A stretch of 64,000 nucleotides of DNA from Vitrella brassicaformis CCMP3155 (taxonomy: Eukaryota > Protista > Chromerida): the NCBI GenBank assembly GCA_001179505.1, contig CDMY01000770.1, positions 124,001-188,000 on the forward strand, written 5' to 3'. Positions 38,024-49,700 of the stretch are shown here, one piece after another. A program made the translations under genes and the position numbers. The notes beneath the pieces were generated by a model, which did not search any database, was not told where the DNA came from, and saw nothing but the letters and a program-made list of their open reading frames with translations. Positions within the stretch are counted from its first letter, which is position 1. Every line of letters starts with the position of its first letter.

Positions 38024-39959
38024 ATGGTGGTTCTCCGTGGCATGATGCTGTTGGCCTTGGCCGTGACGCTCGCCCTCTGTCTGACGCCCACAAGCACAAC
38101 ACACGAGGTATGTTTGTCTGTACCGCATAGATACGCACACGCTCGCACACGCACAGGCAGCGTAACATCAGTCAGCTGCCTTTCCTCGATGTCTGTCTGT
38201 CTGTCTGTCTGCGGCTGCTCTGACTTACGCGCGTACGTGTGTGTGTTTAGGTCCGTCATCTCCAGGACACTCGGCCCGTCGGCACCAGCCTGTCCCAAGC
38301 AGAGTATGAGGGCCTCCGTGGCCTGCTGCAGGCAACAGATGATACGAACTTCACGACCCTCTACAGGTCGGTATACCGATGTGTGTGTAAGTGCATCCAA
38401 CAGCGGCTATCTGTCGTGCATGTGTGTGCGCGTGTCTCGCATGTAGGGCCTCTGTGAACGGCACAACATATAGCGATCTGCTGGACAGTGTGGAGAACAA
38501 GACGGATTTGGCGATCGTCATTCGTTCGCGTCAGAATGTGTTCGGCGTTTACATCAAGGACGGCATCCAGACGCCCGCCAACGCGACGGAGAGCCATTAT
38601 TACAAGAGTGAGGTTTTGTGGTTCTCACTGGCGGGGCACTTCCGACATGCCGACCGAGGTCAAGCTATTGCGATCGTGGCAGATCGTGAAGGTGGCAGGC
38701 AGGGAGGCGACAACCTGTTATCGGTGTGAAAGGAAGCTGTATGTAAGTGGGCTCATGTGGTTGGGCCTGAAGACGACGAGGGATGACTTGTTCGATGGCT
38801 GGATTGACCGCGGCCTGCAGTACACCCCCAGGGAGTATGTGCCAGAGGGCTATACGGGCGAAAGGGACGGAGATGGCGATGCACTGCTGGGGGGCAGCCT
38901 ACCTTTTAGAGCCGATGAGGTAGAGGTGCTTCAGATGTACCCGCCACAACCGACTACCCCAGCCCCTCCCGCACCACCTGCTCAACCACCTGCCGGCTCG
39001 TCGCTGTCTGACGTGGAGTACGGCGGGCTGCTTAGCCTGTTGAAGCCATCAAATGACACGACGGTCACCATGCTGTACCGGTATGTATCCGTACAAACAC
39101 ACACACGTATGTGCATCAAAAGATCGACAGTGGCTGTCGTGTATGTGTCTCTGTGTGCCATACAGGGCCTCTGAGAATGAGAACGCTACAACATATACCT
39201 ATCTGCTGGACCGTGTGGCGAATGAAAAGGATTTGGCGATTGTCATCCGCCAAGACAAGTATGTCTTCGGCGTCTACATCAGCGAAGGTATCCAGACGCC
39301 CGCCAACCCGTATGAGAGCCGCAAGTACCAGTGTGAGGTGTTCTGGTTCTCCTTGTCGGGACGCTACAAGGAGCCGACCAGGATCGACATACCTTGGAGG
39401 GTCACGTGCGATGTGGCGGGGAGGAATGGGACAGTACGGGTGGGAAGACATAGATCCGCTGCGAGGATGTATGTTGGGGGGTTGTTCCTGGCCGACGTCG
39501 GCAGCAGTCGCCCTGCTGCTGACATCCGCGAGTGCAGTCAGAAGACCAGATGGGACTGGCTGCCTGAGGGCTACGAGGGGGCGACAGAGGACTATGTATC
39601 GGAGAGAAATGGCGGTCTTCCGCTGGGCGGGTCGGAGTTTTTTGTGGCTGACGATATCGAAGTATTGCAAGTGAGCGGGGAAATCGCCGACATACTGCCT
39701 CCTCTTCCCACTACGCCTCAGCCGAGTACAAGCCCCCCTCCACCCCCTACGACATCAACACCGGAGCCCAACAACAGCAACCCCGGAGCCGACAACGACA
39801 ACCGCACCCCCTACGACAACAACACCCGAGCCGATTAAGACTGCACCGCCTACGATAAGCACACCCGATCCGTCTGAAAGCGCAGCGGTGTCTGTGGGGA
39901 GCTTGTGGTGGGGCGGGATGGTGCTAGCGATGCTCATCTGCACGTGGGGGCTCTTGTAG
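38024..39959 (+). CDS. Signal peptide + two TLDc domains + Thr/Pro stalk + hydrophobic GPI-like tail; two apparent +1 frameshifts (error or pseudogene)
   Basis: MVVLRGMMLLALAVTLALCL; TLYRAS.NG.TY.DLLD.V...DL.IVIR....VFG.YI..GIQ.P occurs twice; each domain ends LGG...F.AD..EVL. Removing one C at 38642-38643 and one at 39767-39769 gives a single ORF ending PTTATPEPTTTT...SVGSLWWGGMVLAMLICTWGLL* (stop 39957-39959). Confidence 0.8.
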
Positions 39960-40407
39960 AAGCACTCGAGTACAGTGCTGTTTCTGTCTGTAAGTGTACG
40001 TGTGTGTATGTGACCTATGTGAGTCCCATGTGATGCTGGGCTGTGTGTGTCACGCTTTCCGGGGCTGTGCGAAGAGGTAGTGTTCGTCCGTTTATGTGTC
40101 GTCTCGTCTGTCGTGCTTCTCCGTGCTCGGATGGTCAGTGCAGTGAGAGATCTTGCCTGGCCAAACGAACATGTGTGTGTGCGTGTGTGCTGTGAGTGGC
40201 TGTCAATGCAATGTGGATATGTGGGTGTTGTTCCCTTGGAGCGTTGCTGAGTGAAGTAGCGACCTCAACTGCGCTGACACACACGTACACACGCACACAC
40301 ACATGTCCTGTGGTGCTGTGCTGTGCTGTGCTGTGGCGGGCGGCTGTCTGCCATTGGCTGGCGTCTGTAGGTGCGCCGATCGATTTGGTAGTGTACATGT
40401 CTTTCCT

Positions 40408-40438
<31 letters not shown>

Positions 40439-41582
40439 ATGTGTGTCTGTCTGTCTGTCTTGATGAGTGACTGTAAGTAATGGTCTTGTGGCATGCCACG
40501 CTGTGCTGTGCTATGAGTGTGTGTGTTCGTGTGTTTGCCGGGTTTTCACAGTGGTGGTCCCTGCGGGGCTGGGCTGCGTATGTTTATTGTATTGCGTGGG
40601 ATGTCCTTGAGTGGGCGTGTAGGTGCCTTGTGTGTTGTGTGTATCTGTGTGGTGAGCGGACCAAGTGGGATTGATGGAACCGATTCCTTCCACCAGACGG
40701 CATCTGTCGGCCAACGCACTTCAGCTTGTGCTTCCACCCTCTCAATGTCTCCATGCCACCACACGCACATCGCGATGCGGGGGAGGGGGTGCGCGCGGCC
40801 ATCGACTGGGCGTGGGGTCGTTTTCTTTTTTTGCTGTACGACAGTCTATCAGGTGTGTCTTTGTGTATTTAATTAAACTGGCGGTTCGGCGCTTTGCACG
40901 CCGCTTCAGCTGAGGATGTAATTCACGTCACTCTTCACGTCACTCTTCATCACTCTGTCGGTGACTTCAAGTTGATGCATGCGTTGAGTCGCTGAGTGGT
41001 GTGGGCGGGTGCAGGCATGGACAACGAACGATGGCTGGGCAGTTACCCACGCTGGGCTGTTTCCGTCAGGCAGTTGAGAGAACTTGAGAACCAGATACGA
41101 ATGGCGTACGCTCATACGGCTGCGCTGACTGCGTGCCGTGGCCTGGTGTGAATGTGCAGTCCATATGGAGGCTCTTTCGCCGATTTGCAATGAGTCCGAT
41201 CCTCGGCTCTCCCCAACTTAAGCTCGCAGATCGTGGGGGAAGAAGGAGGAATATCGGATTCTTGTGCGCATCGAGGGGCGGCTGGTGCCGTACTGTGCCC
41301 GCTGAACCTCATACTCAATGAATGGCTGAATAAGAAGCATCGTGCTGACGTCCATCCATCCTGCGGTACGTCAGGCAGCGAGAAGGCGAATTCGCCCGTC
41401 GGCGCCGCCCTCATGTGCCTGCTGTCTGTCTGTCTGTCTGTCTGTCTGTCTGGTTTTGTGTATGTGTGCGTCAGGGAGGGACTTGGTAACAACGTGAGCA
41501 CCAGTGGGTATTAGCGCCTCAGAGAAGGCCTTGGAGTTTCACGTCCCATCGCAGCCAAGAGCATCTGGAGCTACAGATAGCT

Positions 41583-43702
41583 ATGGAGGACGATAGACAG
41601 GTGAGGCGCAGCACACGTCTGCCTTGCAGCTGATTGCATTGGTGGATTGCGTGTTGCGTCCATGTTTGCAGGTGGAGAGCTCTCGCCATGACGACGCACA
41701 GGCAGCATCTGCTGCTGCGGCTTCATCGGCATCCGCTGGTGGTGGTGGTGGTGTGAGTGAGAGGGAGAGAAACCTTCGGCAGCAAATCTCAGACACGGTA
41801 AGCCGCCGACAGACTGAGGCCATGTGTGCACTGATGGATTTCTCTTCCGGTCATATGTGCTGTGTCTTTGTGTGCAGCCGGGCCTCCTTAGCATCGTCAT
41901 GGCCTTCCTCCCCCTCCACCTGCTCGTCCGTGTGTCCAAAAAGACGTGGCAGCAGGCGGCCCCCCGCCAGCATCGCCTTGTCATCAGCGCAGAGGACAGA
42001 GAGGAGCGGTCGTTGTGGCAGCGAGTGCCCATGACCCTCGTCAATCAGCTCGCGGCACTGCTCACACAGCTGACGTGTGTCGTCCTCTGCTACCCCATCG
42101 ACTTCCCTCTTTGGGTCTTTGACGTCTTCGTTGCCATGGTGGAGGGTCATATCGCTGCGCGGCGTGCAGCCAACATGGAAGGCGGCACACTGCACACCAT
42201 CACCGTCGAGGGAGTCCGGCTGACCCGCAAGGAGATGGAGACTGTCACAAGGACACACCCACCCCTCCCACCCCTTGCCGACCCGCCCCCGGCCCTCCCC
42301 GCACTCACCACTATCGTCGGTTTGATGCCCGACCATCAGGGACTGGCCGACCGCCGCTGGCGAGTGTCGTCACTCGCGGTCGTGCAGCAGGAGGGGTGGT
42401 TGGCTGCCAACCTGAGCCGATTCATCAGTCCATCAAGCTGCGGTGTGTCGGCGGCGACTTTGACGAGGGCGAGTGGGCGGGTGTGTTTGAGGGCATTCCT
42501 GAGACCCCTCCTGGGCAGCAGGGAGGGCCACTCTCCCAGCTGGAGGCCATCGGCACCATCAAGATCCGTGGTGATAGCACCGACCAGCTGGGCGTCGAGC
42601 GGCTTCAGGTAACAACAAAGGAAACGCACAGCAGGGCCTGTGAGTTGGTTCGTGACCTCTCGTTTGTGTGTTCCTGCCTTCAGGCTGTGCTCCTGGCGCG
42701 CGGCTGCCGACGGTCCCTCGAGCGGCTGGACGTGTCGGTTGTTGATCGCTACTACAGTGTCGCCCGCGACACTTTCCCGTCCTGCTGGCCCTGGACCGGC
42801 TGGCCACCGAGTGCTGCCGACAGGACGCCCCCGTCACATTCACCTCCTCTGGCTCCCCTGGCTGGACGTATTTCGACCTCAACCTCTTCTACCACAGCGA
42901 GTTCCCCATCCACCCCTCGCCCTGGCTCAAGAGCGTCATCCAGCAGGTGGCAAGCGACGCCGCACAGGTCAAGTACACCATCACCCAGGACGACCTCACT
43001 GACGACCTCCGCAACCCCAGCCAGGCCGCCATCGACATTGCCAACCCACTCACATTCGACAACGCCATCTATGTGGGGGTCGACAGCGGTTTTGGCTTCG
43101 ATCCGCCCGGCAACGCCGACTCGCCCCACCCCTCCATCATCGCCCACCTCCCATTCCAGCCATTCCCAAAGGCCACATCGCTGCAGATCAACACCAGATT
43201 GGGTGCTGCGGGCCGGCTGCTGGCTGACAAGATGCCTGACAAGGTGACGAGGGCGGACATTCGCGTTTTGAGGGGTGGTGAGGCGGTGACCGTCTTGGAA
43301 GCGCTAGGGAGTGAGAGGGAGGTGGGGGAGGTGGAGATGCGAGGGGTCGGTGTCGACCAGCTGGTGGGGGCGGCCGGCGGATTGCCGAAGATCAAGTGGA
43401 TTACCATGACGCGTACGCAGAGAGGGGGAAGGAGGGGGGGAATGTGTCCTTCCGTCTTGTGCAAACATCCCTTGCTGTACTGTGTGTGTGTGTGACTTCC
43501 TTCAGTGCCGGATGATGCTGATGTCGAGGAGGATGCAGGCAGCTACGTGCACGCCCGCCTCTCATCGCTCATTCAGCGCATCAGGGGCCTGCAGTATGTG
43601 ACGCTGGGTGTGCACTCCATGTTGCCTCCCTCCCCGAGGGCACCAACATCGATGGCTTCACAATCAGACACATCATCCCATCCTTTGGGGGCACGTATGT
43701 GA
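41583..43702 (+). pseudogene. Third member of the lineage-specific family, with two -1 frameshifts
   Basis: MEDDRQ / VESSRHDD / PGLLSIVMAFLPLHLLVRVSKKTWQQAAP...WVFDVFVAMVEGH...PPLPPLADPPPALPAL...AVLLARGCRRSLE is homologous to copy A. Single-C deletions near 42438 and 42776-42778 shift the frame. Confidence 0.72.
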
Positions 43703-44678
43703 AAATGACTGCAGTTCGCAATGCCCGAGGTGAGGAGGGCACTGACATGAAGGTCTGATTGTATGCATGGCCATGCTGATGTCGCTGTGTGTTGGCGGTT
43801 TTTTGGCAGGCCGGCTGTCGTGACGGACCGTAGCAGACGGGGAGTGGGGGAGTTGCTTGCTGTTGAGTAGCGGGCGGTGGCTGGCGACATCCGTGTGGTG
43901 CATGGCTGCCTGAATGTGTGTGTACGTGTGTGTGGATGTCTTGATGACTGCCTAGCTGTACAGAGTTGGCGGACACCTCATAGCAGAGGGAAGGGAGGGC
44001 CAGCAGGTGTGTGTAGGCGGCAAGCGTCGCATGGATGGATGGATGGACTGCGTGGGTTTGACTTCATACGGCTGCATTTCGTGATTTCGTGCGTGCCGTG
44101 GCATCAGTGTTCAAGATCCAACAAACCTCTCGCGAAAGAACACAAATGCATTGAGATGCATCCGCGAGATTGACGGTCTGTACCACTCACACCCATGTGG
44201 AAGCGAGCAAGTCACGAATGTAGAAATGCCCCCACAATCGCACCGCACCCACATCGAGTCGGCATACACAGATAGATATGGTCACACAAGCGATAAATAC
44301 ACGCAGGCACACAAATGTAATCATTATATGCGTGGAAGCTCTCTAGCCACCCAGCCAGCCATGTGACCCGAAGACACTATTGAATCCTTCCAGGGAGCGA
44401 TACAAACACACACGCAGCTCACTCACCCACTCCCCGACGCATAAAAGACCTCACATGCCTCACTCACTCTCTGCGCAGAAGAGACGCCATTAAATCCTCA
44501 CAATATGCAGCCGGCACCACACAAGACTGTCCCTCCCTCCCTCACTGACCCCCTCCCCTCATGGCCCCATCCAGCGATGTCGTATCCGCCCCGGCAAGGC
44601 ACCGCCATGGATAAACATCACAATGCACGCAACACAGAAGGAATGAAGGAAGGAAGGGCTCGCTGCCTGCCTGCCCGC

Positions 44679-46572
44679 CTAATCCCGGTGTCCCTGGTTG
44701 TACACGTGCAAAACACTCGTAGCCTCGGCGCGACACACGGGGCAGGTCACTGACAGCACCTTCTTCTTGCCCTTCTTGGCCGTAGCCCTCAATCGCTCCA
44801 AGCACCCTGCACACGCCACAAATGTGCAAACGGTGTGCAAACACGACCCTGTTGATTGATTGGCCCCCATGCACATAGGCCTATGTCCGTACGTACCCTT
44901 GCAGAGGCACTGGTGGCCGCACGGCACCAGTGCAATGTCATTCGGCTCCGCCAAACACACCACACACTTCGGGTTGGTTTTGTCCTTGTCGCCGTCTTCG
45001 GCGTGTTTGGCCCGTTCCTCCTTTAGTTGTGCCTCCATGTCAGCGATCATCTTGGCTGCGGCCTCCTTCTCTCTGCGCAGCTGCTCGGCCGCCTCTCTGT
45101 CTTTTGCCTCCCTTGCTGCGGCGAGGCGGCCCTCCACGTCGTTCTGGTAGGACTCGTCTCGCAGCATCATCAGATGCTTGTTGCACTGGTCCCTGAGCTG
45201 CTTCAGGCGGGCTGACTCGCTGGTGGCCGCCCACTGGAACTGCATGACGGCGGGAATCGACGTGAGGCCGTCAAGCTTCTCCTTGGTCAGCCTGAGGAGA
45301 ACACACAGGAGACAGAAAGGCAGATTCACAGGCAGGTAGGCAGGCAGTTTGATAGGTCTTCTCACCGATCTGCGTCGCGTTGCCTGAGGTCTTCGTTGTC
45401 GTCAATGAGGCCTTGCAGCCTGCTCCTGTATGCAGCCCTCTTGGCCTTGGCCTCGCTAACCGACACGATCAACCTGAAACAAACCAGACACGCATACAGA
45501 GACATACATACGTTTGTGCGTTCCATCTGTGTGTTCGGTGCCGTCTTACTCATGGATAACGGTGTGCACGTCCTCCATGTGTTTTTTTGCCATGGCGATT
45601 TTTTCAGCAATGTCGCACTCGGAACGGTCCAGCTCGTCCAGCCACACACGCTCTGCAGCAGCAGCAGATGGCGGAGGGCTGCAGACATGCCACCACACAC
45701 ATGCAGACGTACGCAAGGGCCACATGCTTTGTCTGCTGCCGCCCACCTGTCGCTCCTTGGGGGCATGGCGGGAGGGGGAATGAGAAGTGGGGCTCGGTCA
45801 TCGCTGGAAGGCCCGTTTGGCTGCCCTCCGCTGGCGGCCTGTGCGAGCTCCATCAGCCGCTGCGACACGTCTGAGGTCATGAGCTGGCGCAGCTCGGTGT
45901 CGCGCTTGTCGATGGAGTCTTGGAGCCGCCGCACATCGTCTGCTGTGGCCCTCAGCGCCAGCTCATCCTCACTCAGACTGATACACACACAAAGGGCAGC
46001 CATGGAGAAATGATAGAAACACGGATGTAGGCGCACATGCCTTCCTTTCTCCCTCGATCCCTGCCTGCCTGCCTGCCTGCCTGCCTGTCTGCCTGCGTAC
46101 ATGGGATTGGCCTCGCGCAGTCTGCCGTTTTCGTCTGTGAGCTGTGCCTCCTGTGCCTCCATCTGGCCGAGCAACTCCTGGACGTGACGCAGAGAAGCTT
46201 CCAAGCTGACGAGCAACAACAGGGCAAGACAAGCAAATGTCACCTGTTGGCCAGGTGTTATGGCCGTGTCCTTTCGTGCGCCTACTCGGTCTTCTGCTCC
46301 TCTGCAGTGGCGATCTGCCCCTTAAGCTGCTCCAACTCGTCAACCGCCTCCTGGAGCGATGCAGCGATGGCCATCTCAGCTTCACGTTCATCGTCGGTTC
46401 TGCACACACACACAACACAGCAACACACACTCATGTTGATACCAGTGGGACTTACACACTCAACATCACATCACATCACATCACATCGCCTCACCTCACG
46501 CACGCTGTGTGTTTGTGTACTCGCTCACCTATATGCGGGCGGCGGCGGGGCGCTCGACGAAATTGACGGCAT
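44679..46572 (-). CDS. Coiled-coil protein with a UIM-like motif and C-terminal C3HC4 RING finger (probable E3 ligase)
   Basis: DDEREAEMAIAASLQE near the N-terminus, long heptad exons, then CVVCLAEPNDIALVPCGHQCLCK/GC...TCPVCRAE; stop at 44679-44681. Confidence 0.85.
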
Positions 46573-46787
46573 GTAGTTCATTAGATCCTCAAGCCTGCAG
46601 CAGACAGCCGTGGGTGTCGTGCATGTGGGCTGTCCGTGGTTGGCGCACAAGATCACATCTTTTGCTCACATGTCGGGCAAGTCACTGGGATGGGCACCGT
46701 CGTGAAAGCCATTTCTGCAAGAGGGAACACAAACGCCGCTTCCCCTCGCCCCCTCGTTTGCATATCTGCGTCGTCCTAGGTTTTTGC

Positions 46788-49700
46788 TTACGATGTCGAT
46801 GGTGGCACAAACCTAGGGCTGCTCGACCCCGTGGTCTTGACCCTGTTGTTGCCCTTCGGGATCTGCACCTTGTCACTCGTGGCCCCACCGTCGCCTCCCC
46901 TGGCGCACAGACAGCAACAGAAATCGTGTGTAGGCCTTATTCTATCTAGTGCTGTCAGTGTTTCTGACCCCTTTGGCCTCCTGTCGTGCTCGCGACGCTC
47001 CACCTCCTCCCGCTGTCTCGCGTCGACCCCCCGGCCCCCTCCCATCCCATATCCGCTGCCCAGCAGTCCCCGCTGGTTGCGGGGGAGCAGAGGCGACTCA
47101 TCCTCCACGTCACTGTCGCTCATGGCACGTGAAGCAGACGGGAAGCCCCAGTGCTGCTGGCGATCTACGTGCAGCTGCCCGCTCGTGCCCCGGGCTCCAC
47201 AGCTGACAGAGGGGCCGTCGAGGGTGGGGGTCCTGCAGTCGTCACCCGGAATCGACGGCCGCTTCGGCATATGAGGGACCATCCCGCCATTGCCTGGTGA
47301 CGACTTGAGCCGGCCCGCAGAGAATGCAGCACTCGACAGCGGAATGGGGGCGGGCATCCGGATGTCTGTGTTGGCGGCCTGATGACGATCCTCATTGGCG
47401 GCAGGTGGGAACGAGGGCCGGGAAGGCTTGCTCAGCTGACATGTGGGCGGTGGGGCCTCGTACTGCTCTTCTTGTCCTTCTGTTTCTGTTTCTTGCCCTG
47501 ACTCATCTGGTGTCTTCCGCGTTGTGCGAATGCCGAATTGAGCAGCATCGCTTCACCGTCCTTAGCCGCACAATCGCCGTCGCCTCCATCAGCCGTCGAC
47601 TCGACTGCCTCGCCGCCAGGCCGATCGCCGTCCGCCAGCGACGCAGACACGGACGGCACAGCAGCCACACTCGACCTGCAAAGAGAAGCCAACACACAGG
47701 ACAGACAGAGCGAATAAGTCGCCAATGGCAAAGTGGATTGATTGCTCACATGGCGATCGCACTGGACGACGAGGGCTCCGGCTGGCCCGCCTCAGCCTCA
47801 TCAGCCGCAGCCGACGCCCGACTGGACACACCATACACACACATGAGGCAGACAGGCAGACAGGCAGTGAGTCGTCCATCAGTCATCCTCGGGTGGCTCA
47901 CGGCTGTACCTGGTGGATGCGGCAGTGGAGGGCGCCGATGGCTCCACCACCGAATCAGAGGGGCTTGCCTCATTCCGCTGCTGCTGCTGCTGCTGCTGCT
48001 GTCGGCCCTTGCCGCTCTTGGTCTTCTTGCCCCTGCCTGTGTTGGCCGTCTGGTCCTCTGTGCCTTTGCCCTCCTTCTGGCTTTCAGTCCGCTTGGCCGC
48101 GGCTTCCTGGGCTGCCAGCTCAGCGGGCGACATGGTTGGCTGTGAAGCGGTCTTGGCCCTGCTGTCCTTGTCGTGCCGCTGGGGGCAGTCAGAGGCGGGT
48201 GGAGGTGTGGGCAGCGTCGGGTGAGGGGGAGGGGAGGACGGTGGAGGAGTCAAACACGGCAGACGACTGACAGAAGGGACCGTACACAGACGATGACGGA
48301 GTGTCATGCCCGACGCGAGTGCCGTTTGCATCCCACCCACGCCCACCAGTGTTGCTTTGTCGACGGAGACAACACACCAGTCGGACGACCCACAGACCTG
48401 CAGAATAAGAAGGAAGAAAGATCGCATATATGTGTCCTACGCGGCAGCAGTGGTGTGTGTGGTGTGTGTACCCCTGATCGACATCATTAGAGGGACCGCC
48501 TCCGGACACCGATGGCTGCTGCTCGTCGCCATCCGACCCATCGTTGCATTCCTCGGCCGGCACGCCACCATCATCAGACAACTCAGCACTGACCGAACAA
48601 CAGAGGGGCAGACGGCCATGACATGTCACACAGATATCGATTAGCGGGCCCCGTCCCCTCTTTTGCCACCCTGTGTGTTCGACAGCGGCGCTAGATGACG
48701 ATGCACTGGCGGCCGCCGATGCACTGGCCTGCCCGCCTCCTCCGCCCTTGCCCTTCTTCTTGTTGTTGGGTCGCTTCTTCTTGCCGGGTGGTGCGGTACT
48801 GGTGGTGGTGGTGGTAGTGGTAGTGGGGTGTGTCTGCTGCTGGGGTGATGATGACATGTCGGCAATGGCTTCCTGATACACCATCTCATAGCGCTTGTCC
48901 TCTTCCTTCTCGATGCGATTAAATAGTGCGAGCACCTGCATGTCGATTCATGAGATGATCGGGATAGCCACGACAGAGAGTCATGGGGGGGGGTGTACGT
49001 GACGTGATGCGGTGTGCGTCTTAGCTGACCTTTTCGGGCACGTTGAGTTGTTTGTCCTTCTTGCCCTTCCGCTGTTCTACTCCACGTAGCGCCTTAACAG
49101 AGTCGAGCTGACCACAGAGAGAGGGAGAGAATGACCCACGTGGTGGTATGGATTGTCTTGGGGTGCGTGTTGTGTGTGCATAATTACTTGTAGGATTTCT
49201 GCTGCGATGTTGTTTTGGGCTTGGCCTTTCTTCTTCATCCGCTCTTCCCCATATCTGCATGCCGGGAGTACAGACGAAGTCGCGCTGCGCCGTCAGTCAG
49301 TGTCAGTGACCCACTAACTTGATGAGTAATTCCAGGATATAATACGCGCTGTCGACGACACTCTTTTCGACGTTATCGAGCTCTGCATTGGTGCCGTGAT
49401 GGCCTCTCGACATGCAGAGCAACTTGCACACGACAGGGGCAAACTGCTCCCGGACGGCGACCTGCCGAGCAAGGCGCATACACACACGCGTGCAGAGAGG
49501 GACCCACTCGGCCCACAGAGATGTACCTGAGGTGCATCTGCTGCTGTTCTCTGCATTAGGCGCATGAGAAGAGCAAGAACCATCAGCCCTTGCACGCCGC
49601 GCATCACTTTGTCGTCGTTGACAAGCTTGACGAAGGTCGCGGGCAGCCCCGACTCGATGAGGGACTGAGTGTGTCCTGCACTCAGGCAGCCAAAGAAACA

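Noticed and set aside
39053-39838. ORF-track C-terminus NNSNPGADNDNRTPYDNNTRAD* of the TLDc gene
   Set aside because: The adjacent frame continues the Thr/Pro stalk into a hydrophobic tail, so this end is probably a frameshift product.
40584-40802. Minus-strand ORF MAARTPSP... as a divergent partner of the 41583 gene
   Set aside because: Short, no recognisable motif and embedded in simple repeats; it could be a remnant but cannot be supported.
41112-41501. ORFs upstream of the 41583 gene
   Set aside because: Better explained as 5' UTR and UTR intron with a (CTGT)n tract; no homology is evident.
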